Shown here one piece after another: positions 26,046-32,000 of a stretch of 32,000 bases of DNA. The DNA is taken from assembly GCA_030668875.1 (NCBI GenBank), contig DAOVER010000019.1:1-32000 (forward strand), written 5' to 3'. Source of the DNA: Candidatus Heimdallarchaeota archaeon (GTDB lineage Archaea; Asgardarchaeota; Heimdallarchaeia; Heimdallarchaeales; Heimdallarchaeaceae). Positions within the stretch are counted from its first letter, which is position 1, and each line of letters opens with the position of its first letter. The notes beneath the pieces are model-generated. The model did no database searches and was not told where the DNA came from. It was given only the letters and a program-made list of their open reading frames with translations. The position numbers and the translations under genes are program-made.

Positions 26046-27548
26046 ATGGTGGATTATGAGGCAATTTCAGTCATTATTTTCAAAGTAAAGAACAACCAAC
26101 CTTACTTTTACTTAGTTAAACGAGGTTCTGAAATGCCTATCTATCCAGATACTTGGACCTCTATTGCTGGAATTAAAAATGAGAAAGATCAGGAAGTTTA
26201 TTCGTTCCTTTATGATAAAGCAGGAAACATAATTGATGACATGAGCTCTAGACTAACAGCTGTACGACTTATGCTTGAGCGTAATATTCTATCTCCTTTT
26301 GAAGAAGAGCAATCTGCTATAACTGAACAGGATGTATATGAGAGGATAAAGAATTTGGATCCTGATTTATTGAGTGTCTACCTTCATTCAATGATTCCTG
26401 CTGGTTTTCAAAAAATTGATGATGGTAAAAATATTTTCAATGTTAAAAAATATATTTTCATATCAGCAGGACGTAGTATTTTTGAAAAAGTAAATCTTAT
26501 CAATGAATCAACAATCTATAGTAATCCCAGATTTAAGTTAGAAACTAAATCCCGATGGTTTTCTGCGAAACAGATAAAGAAGCTCAGCGAAAAACCTAGC
26601 AAATTATTCGTCCCTTCTTTTATCTTTCTTATACATTTAATCATTGATGAAGAAATGAAACTTATCGAAGCAGCTCGTAAACTAGATAGGACAATGAATA
26701 CTGACATATCTATAGAGAATCAAATTCTGCCGTTCATTTGGAAGTTTATGACTCCAGCCTTGACTTTGCTTCCCTTTCATACTACCAATATTTATGTTAT
26801 CGGTGATGAAACGAAATATATTATTGATCCCGGAGCAAATAGTGTGTCAGATATTGTAAATCTTCTGAGTTTTATCGAAGAGCATATCAATGAAATTGAG
26901 GGTATCATTTTAACAAGTGCAAATGCTGATCATTGTAATCAGGTTCTGGAACTGAAAAAGCGATATAATTTCCCAATTTACTCTTCTCATAACGTATCAG
27001 AGGTTATGAAAAAGGAAGATTGTGTTGTTAACCATATTTTAAAAGAAGGTGACAAAATTCAATTAGGAACCTACAAACCTTCAGATAAGGACTGGTTTCT
27101 GGAAGTCATAGGGCTTCCTGGGAACTCCCCTGGATGTATTGGTTTATTTGATTCGAGAGGTATTATCTTTACTGGCTCAACACTTCATAAAACATTAACT
27201 AGCACGCCTGGTCCTTATCCTAATTCATATGATGAATTATTTAGAAGCATTGAAAGGCTGAAGAAATATCCTGCTCGTTTTGGACTTTCTGGTCGCGGAA
27301 ATATAATGACAGATGTGAATGCCTCAATATCACTCAATTTAAAAAGAATGAAATGGGCAGAGAAATCTATTTTAAAGCATCTTAAAGCAGGTATTTCTCA
27401 GATAGATGAAATTGCAGAAGAACTTGCTAATAAAAAACTACCCTTATGGAAAAGAGTGACAAGGAATACAATTGAAGCAAATCTTGAGAAACTTGTTATA
27501 CAAAAAAAGATCATACGCAGAGGGGAAGATTACTTACTCTCAAATTAA
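26046..27548 (+). CDS. Nudix-like + metallo-beta-lactamase-fold (LACTB2-like) fusion with degenerate active sites
   Basis: YLVKRG...DTWTSIAG Nudix-like N-terminus, TLLPFHTTNIYVIG...IIDPG MBL start, helical C-terminus. The metal ligands are substituted (see findings). Confidence 0.75.
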   Translation: MVDYEAISVIIFKVKNNQPYFYLVKRGSEMPIYPDTWTSIAGIKNEKDQEVYSFLYDKAGNIIDDMSSRLTAVRLMLERNILSPFEEEQSAITEQDVYERIKNLDPDLLSVYLHSMIPAGFQKIDDGKNIFNVKKYIFISAGRSIFEKVNLINESTIYSNPRFKLETKSRWFSAKQIKKLSEKPSKLFVPSFIFLIHLIIDEEMKLIEAARKLDRTMNTDISIENQILPFIWKFMTPALTLLPFHTTNIYVIGDETKYIIDPGANSVSDIVNLLSFIEEHINEIEGIILTSANADHCNQVLELKKRYNFPIYSSHNVSEVMKKEDCVVNHILKEGDKIQLGTYKPSDKDWFLEVIGLPGNSPGCIGLFDSRGIIFTGSTLHKTLTSTPGPYPNSYDELFRSIERLKKYPARFGLSGRGNIMTDVNASISLNLKRMKWAEKSILKHLKAGISQIDEIAEELANKKLPLWKRVTRNTIEANLEKLVIQKKIIRRGEDYLLSN

Positions 27549-27605
27549 CATGCAATTCAAAATTCCCACATTAAACTTATATTTGAGAGTTATTCTATCA
27601 AATCA

Positions 27606-29054
27606 ATGAGTATCCCCGTTATACTAGAAATTTGTGATCCTAACTCATGTGGACTAGAATGTGTTAATATTTGTCCTCAGAATAAGAAGGGTAAATTGGC
27701 AATTGAGATCAAAGAAGATAAAGCACACATTATAAAAAAGCATTGCATTAATTGTTTGCAATGTGTTTATGTTTGTCCATTAGATGCTATAGAAACTACA
27801 ATAGGTGTCAGTAAAAAAGTAACTTCTTCAAAACTAAAAACAGAAAAAACAAAGAAAACTGGACGAGAAGAAAAAAACATTTTCACTATCGATGAAACGG
27901 TATTTGAAAGGTACAGTGAAAAGAAAACTATTTTCAATAGAAGAATCTGGGATGAGAGTTATGAAGGTTATAAGAAACCGATATATGGGAAAGCATCAGA
28001 AAGAGCAAAATTGGGGATAGATGGATACTCTGAAATCGAACAAGCTGCTATGGATGCTGCATGGTCGATTGAAAATCTTGTTTCTATGAAGGAATTTCAT
28101 GAAGAGCGTTCAAAAACACTAACTAAAGAGGAAAAAAAGAAGGTTGAGGTTGCTAAAGTTAAAACAGATGTTAAGCAAGTAAATTATGATGTTCAACAAC
28201 CTCAGCAATACAAAGTAGAAGACCCCAAAGAAATGACCACTTGGTTGAAAAAAGTAGCAAAATTGTATGGTGCAAATCTTATAGGAATAGCAAAGCTTGA
28301 TCCAAAATGGATATACTCCGAAGATAGAATGGAAAGAGAATATGTTCTTCCCAAAAATCTACAGTATGCGATAGTTATTGCAATTGAAATGAATCAAGGA
28401 GCAATAAACACTTCCCCAAAGATGCCTTCTGGCATTGCAACTGGTTTAGGATATTCGAAGATGGCATTTGTTAGAACTCTAGTTTCAAAATTTGTTAAAA
28501 ATCTAGGATATGAAGCTATACCTGCTGGAAACACTTTAGGACTCTCTGTTCCACTTGCAGTTGAAGCAGGATTAGGTGGTTATGGTAGACAAGGTTTGCT
28601 AATTACACGAGATTATGGGCCTAGGGTTAGAATTGGCAAAATATTGACTGACATGCCTTTAGTTGCAGATAAACCTGATTACAAATTTGCTAAATCAGTC
28701 GTTAAATTCTGCCGTACATGCAAAACATGTGCAGAAAGATGTCCTTCAGCTTCAATACCTTTTGATGATGATGAGAGTTACAAAACTTATAGTACCAGTA
28801 ATAATCCTGGAATTAAGAAGTGGTATATAAATGTGGAAACTTGTTTTCTCTTCTGGTTAGAGAATGGTGGAGATTGTTCAAATTGTATAGCTGATTGTGA
28901 ATACAATCATGTTCCAACTTGGCCTCATAAATTTGCAAATTGGATTGTTATGAACTTTCCTTTTCTTAATCCTATTTGGCCATCTATAGGAAAAATGTTA
29001 GGTTATGGTGGTAACAAGTCTGCTAAGAAATTCTGGAAGAAAATTAAGGTGTAA
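27606..29054 (+). CDS. Reductive-dehalogenase-like cobalamin/Fe-S protein with an N-terminal 2x[4Fe-4S] ferredoxin domain
   Basis: N-terminal CxxxxCxxxCxxxCP and CxxCxxCxxxCP; GANLIGIA; GLGGYGRQGLLIT..YGPRVRIGKILTDMPL; FCRTCKTCAERCP; KKWYIN..CF.FW...CSNCIADC. Confidence 0.8.
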   Translation: MSIPVILEICDPNSCGLECVNICPQNKKGKLAIEIKEDKAHIIKKHCINCLQCVYVCPLDAIETTIGVSKKVTSSKLKTEKTKKTGREEKNIFTIDETVFERYSEKKTIFNRRIWDESYEGYKKPIYGKASERAKLGIDGYSEIEQAAMDAAWSIENLVSMKEFHEERSKTLTKEEKKKVEVAKVKTDVKQVNYDVQQPQQYKVEDPKEMTTWLKKVAKLYGANLIGIAKLDPKWIYSEDRMEREYVLPKNLQYAIVIAIEMNQGAINTSPKMPSGIATGLGYSKMAFVRTLVSKFVKNLGYEAIPAGNTLGLSVPLAVEAGLGGYGRQGLLITRDYGPRVRIGKILTDMPLVADKPDYKFAKSVVKFCRTCKTCAERCPSASIPFDDDESYKTYSTSNNPGIKKWYINVETCFLFWLENGGDCSNCIADCEYNHVPTWPHKFANWIVMNFPFLNPIWPSIGKMLGYGGNKSAKKFWKKIKV

Positions 29055-29063
29055 CATTCCACT

Positions 29064-29930
29064 TCATTGCTTAAAGAAATCTGCAAGTTTATGTTGTCCC
29101 TTGAAAGTTGTTTTTTCTGGAGTCATCACACTCAAACCTTTTTCTTCCAGCATCTCTCTGAAGTTGCTAGCAATAGGTGGGGCGTAACCAGAAAAATGTT
29201 GATTGATATAGACATAAGCTGACTTCTTGTTAGAGTTATTTGCTAACCCCTTAACTAATTGCCCTACCATCTCTTCTACTAAATCACTTCTGTCTAAAAC
29301 TTGTCTCCCTAATCCTGTCTGAGTGCCGTGTGATCCAATAATTCTTAGATAGAAATAATCCTTTTTAATTTCCTCATATAATTTGAGTTTGAGATATGGT
29401 AAATAAGCACTTACTATCCCCAGTTTATTGTCATTAAGGAAATCATAAGTTTCTTCATTGAACCATGTCTTATGTCTGAATTCTAATAAGAGTGTATAAT
29501 CATTGTGTGGAAAAAAACTTACAAATGTTTCTAATTCGTCCATTGTTTTTGCAGTTTTGTCAAAACTAGGGTAGAATTGCATGACTAGGGGACCGAGCTT
29601 ATCCTTCAATGGATTCATGATATGTAAAAAGGATTTTAAACTTTCATGGGTTGTAGCAAGGTTTTCAGCTTGCGCGATTATTTTTGGTATTTTTGCTGTA
29701 AGAACAAAGTCATCTGGTAATAATCTTGCCCATCGTTTTGTGTTCTCTAATCTTGGAAAAGCATAGAATGTCGAATTTATCTCACAAGTAGTAAATTGTG
29801 TTGAATAATATGCGAGTAACTCATAATTTTTAACATCTGATGGATAAAACCCACCTAAATTTGCCTTCCAATCACCATAATTAAATCCAGTACAACCAAC
29901 ATGAACTTGTTGATTTGTCATTATAATCAA
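29064..29930 (-). CDS. DUF72 (YecE/YunF) family protein
   Basis: VGCTGFNYGDW, YPS, EINSTFY, LEFRHKTW, YLRIIG, YINQH. The start may be 29921. Confidence 0.88.
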   Translation of the reverse strand: MIIMTNQQVHVGCTGFNYGDWKANLGGFYPSDVKNYELLAYYSTQFTTCEINSTFYAFPRLENTKRWARLLPDDFVLTAKIPKIIAQAENLATTHESLKSFLHIMNPLKDKLGPLVMQFYPSFDKTAKTMDELETFVSFFPHNDYTLLLEFRHKTWFNEETYDFLNDNKLGIVSAYLPYLKLKLYEEIKKDYFYLRIIGSHGTQTGLGRQVLDRSDLVEEMVGQLVKGLANNSNKKSAYVYINQHFSGYAPPIASNFREMLEEKGLSVMTPEKTTFKGQHKLADFFKQ

Positions 29931-30050
29931 CTCTTGAAATAGTTTTCAATTAAAAAACCCGTTATATTTGCTAAAAATCTTTCTTATCTAATTGCGGAGA
30001 GAACTACTATAATCTATTTAATATCTCTTGAGAACTGTATTTTGCCTTTA

Positions 30051-30143
30051 GGCGACCCCTTGCCCGTGAGGGGAAGTAGTGGCAGTTAGAACAACTCTTA
30101 GGGTTTCGCCACTAACTCTCCTCCATCCACCAGGGTATTTTTT
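30051..30143 (+). ncRNA. Candidate small structured RNA
   Basis: GC-rich island with a two-part 14-bp helix (30068-74/30117-23 and 30077-83/30108-14), a TATA-like element upstream and a T-tract downstream. Confidence 0.35.
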
Positions 30144-30228
30144 CTATTTACCTATTTTGTTTTATCCAAAAAAAGTGAAAAATTGAAGAGAAAAGAAAAT
30201 GTTAATGCTAAAAGGGAAAAATATAAAA

Positions 30229-30609
30229 TTAATACTTTCTTGAAGACAATCTTGACTTATTGAATGTAGAATCTTTTTTATTATTTTGAATTTCGTAGCA
30301 TTTCCTGCAATATACAGGTTTAACTCCTGTGGGCTTAAATGGAACTTCTGTGTTTTTATTACACGCATAACAAACTGCTTTATGCAGCTCAAACTCCTTT
30401 TCGTTTGATTTTTTGTAACGATCTTTTTTTCTTGGAGTCCTTCTTCTGACTTCATTATTACTACTATCACGTACTCGGTTGTTGGGTTTGGCTCCAGATC
30501 TATATTTAGGTTTATCTCTAGTTTTGTAAATTGGTTTTCTTTTTGTATTTCTACTGTTTTTTAATGTGAGATGTTTGCTAGAGCCCACATTCTTCTGTTT
30601 ATTATTCAT
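30229..30609 (-). CDS. Basic protein with a C-terminal CxxC-x17-CxxC zinc-ribbon domain
   Basis: HKAVCYACNKNTEVPFKPTGVKPVYCRKCY, after a K/R-rich disordered N-terminus. Confidence 0.88.
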   Translation of the reverse strand: MNNKQKNVGSSKHLTLKNSRNTKRKPIYKTRDKPKYRSGAKPNNRVRDSSNNEVRRRTPRKKDRYKKSNEKEFELHKAVCYACNKNTEVPFKPTGVKPVYCRKCYEIQNNKKDSTFNKSRLSSRKY

Positions 30610-30802
30610 TTGAACACCTTTATCTACTAGATTATTCTGTTATCATTTCCTTACAATTATTTTTGTTATTTTTGTATTTATTTATATCAGCTAATTCTTC
30701 TCTCTCTCTTTTTAAACACGTCTGTCTTTGTACTATCTTTGTGTCTATTGAGTTCAATTTAAAAAGGCTCAAACATTACATCGCTAAAAGGTGGATTGTG
30801 AA

Positions 30803-32000
30803 ATGGACACATTAGAAAAATTGTCGAAACATATGCTTGTTGATGGTTTTCCATTGATACTTGATATGGAAAAAAGCCAAGGCTGTCGAATTTATGATAA
30901 AAAAACTGATAAAACTTTTCTAGACTTCTTCTCATTCTTTGCATCCAATCCTGTTGGTATGAACCATCCTGAGATGGTAAGCAAGGAATTTATCAATAAG
31001 ATAGGAACAATAGCAGTTAATAAACCAAGTTGCTCAGATTTTTATACAGATGAAATGGGTGACTTTGTTGAAACTTTCAGTAGAGTAGGAATACCCGATT
31101 TTCTTCCAAATCTTTTCATGATATCTGGTGGTGCTTTAGCAGTAGAAAATGCTCTTAAAGCTGCTTTTGACTGGAAAGTTAGAAAGAATTTTGCTAAAGG
31201 TATTGAAGAAGAAGTAGGTTCTAAAATTATTCATTTTGAACAAGCATTTCATGGACGAAGTGGATACACCCTTAGCTTAACAAACACTTTCGATCCACGT
31301 AAAATAAAATACTTCCCTAAATTCAAAGATTGGCCAAGAGTTATCAATCCTAAAATCACTTTTCCTCTTGAAGATAATATTGAATCGGTAATGCAGTTAG
31401 AGGAAAAAAGTTGTCATCAAATACATGATGCTATAGAGAAATATGGAGATGATATTGCAGCTTTAATCATCGAACCTATTCAAGCAGAGGGTGGTGATAA
31501 TCATTTCCGACAACAGTTTTTTGAGAAATTAAGGACTATATGTAACTCCCACGATATTATGCTTGTTTATGATGAGATTCAAACTGGTGGAGGTATGACA
31601 GGTACTTTCTGGGCCCTTGATCAATTTGGTGAAAAAGCTAGACCTGATATTATCGCCTTTGGAAAGAAAATGCAAGTATGTGGAATTCTTTCTTCCGACA
31701 AAGTTAAGGAAGTGGAAAACAGTGTTTTTGAAGAATCTAGTCGCATAAATAGCACTTGGGGAGGCAATCTTGTTGACATGGTCCGTGCTACAAAATATTT
31801 AGAAATAATAGAGAAGGACAACTTAATGGCTAAGACAGCTACTAATGGTAAATACATGTTAGATCTGGTTTATGAATTCCAAACAGACTTTCCTGAGCTA
31901 ATATCCAACGCTCGTGGAAGAGGATACTTCATTGCCTTTGACCTTCCTGATACTGCAACGCGTGATAAAATCAAGAAAATAGCTTATGATAAACAGCTAT
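30803..32000 (+). CDS. lat: L-lysine 6-aminotransferase (class III PLP), running off the window end
   Basis: My translation: MDTLEKLSKHMLVDG...LDFFSFFAS..GMNHP...SGGALAVENALKAAFDWK...AFHGRSGYTLSLTNT...EPIQAEGGDNHF...DEIQTG...FGKKMQVCG. RBS-like AGGTGG 8 nt upstream. Not in the ORF track because it lacks a stop. Confidence 0.92.
   Translation, partial: MDTLEKLSKHMLVDGFPLILDMEKSQGCRIYDKKTDKTFLDFFSFFASNPVGMNHPEMVSKEFINKIGTIAVNKPSCSDFYTDEMGDFVETFSRVGIPDFLPNLFMISGGALAVENALKAAFDWKVRKNFAKGIEEEVGSKIIHFEQAFHGRSGYTLSLTNTFDPRKIKYFPKFKDWPRVINPKITFPLEDNIESVMQLEEKSCHQIHDAIEKYGDDIAALIIEPIQAEGGDNHFRQQFFEKLRTICNSHDIMLVYDEIQTGGGMTGTFWALDQFGEKARPDIIAFGKKMQVCGILSSDKVKEVENSVFEESSRINSTWGGNLVDMVRATKYLEIIEKDNLMAKTATNGKYMLDLVYEFQTDFPELISNARGRGYFIAFDLPDTATRDKIKKIAYDKQL

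Noticed and set aside
30051-30111. tRNA-like element (GGCGA...TCGCCA end)
   Set aside because: About 61 nt with no D-arm, anticodon arm or TTCRA T-loop.
755-31857. Many short ORF-track entries antisense to or nested in confident genes (e.g. 755-1000, 4200-4460, 6158-6595, 11429-11692, 20832-21083, 30162-30470, 31621-31857)
   Set aside because: Shadow ORFs with no motifs, fully overlapping well-supported CDSs.

Overview
AT-rich (roughly 30% GC by eye) archaeal DNA, most likely from an Asgard archaeon of the Heimdallarchaeia type. This is inferred from a longin+DENN/folliculin-like protein, an Arf/Sar1-like GTPase fused to a longin-like domain, TATA boxes and TM-anchored surface proteins. From left to right the window holds: a structured intergenic leader; the longin-DENN gene; three small two-TM genes; ADP-forming acyl-CoA synthetase alpha; the GTPase-longin fusion; an 8-repeat aromatic-rich surface protein with a PEF-CTERM signal; an SDR threonine dehydrogenase-like gene; and a plastic zone at about 9.4-20.4 kb. 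That zone contains a deletion scar joining two truncated genes, MoaD-like/AOR genes, and two gene blocks (FNT+glutaredoxin; Aur1-like PAP2, radical SAM, TetR, patatin) delimited by two decayed copies of the degV 3' end plus the intact degV. After it come a beta-helix surface protein, IMP dehydrogenase with a 451-aa LAGLIDADG intein just before the catalytic Cys, a doubly degenerate Nudix-MBL fusion, a reductive-dehalogenase-like protein with an extra N-terminal ferredoxin, DUF72, a CxxC-x17-CxxC protein and a partial lysine 6-aminotransferase. No rRNA, tRNA, CRISPR array, integrase or transposase was recognised. All family calls come from motif recognition by eye; no searches were run.
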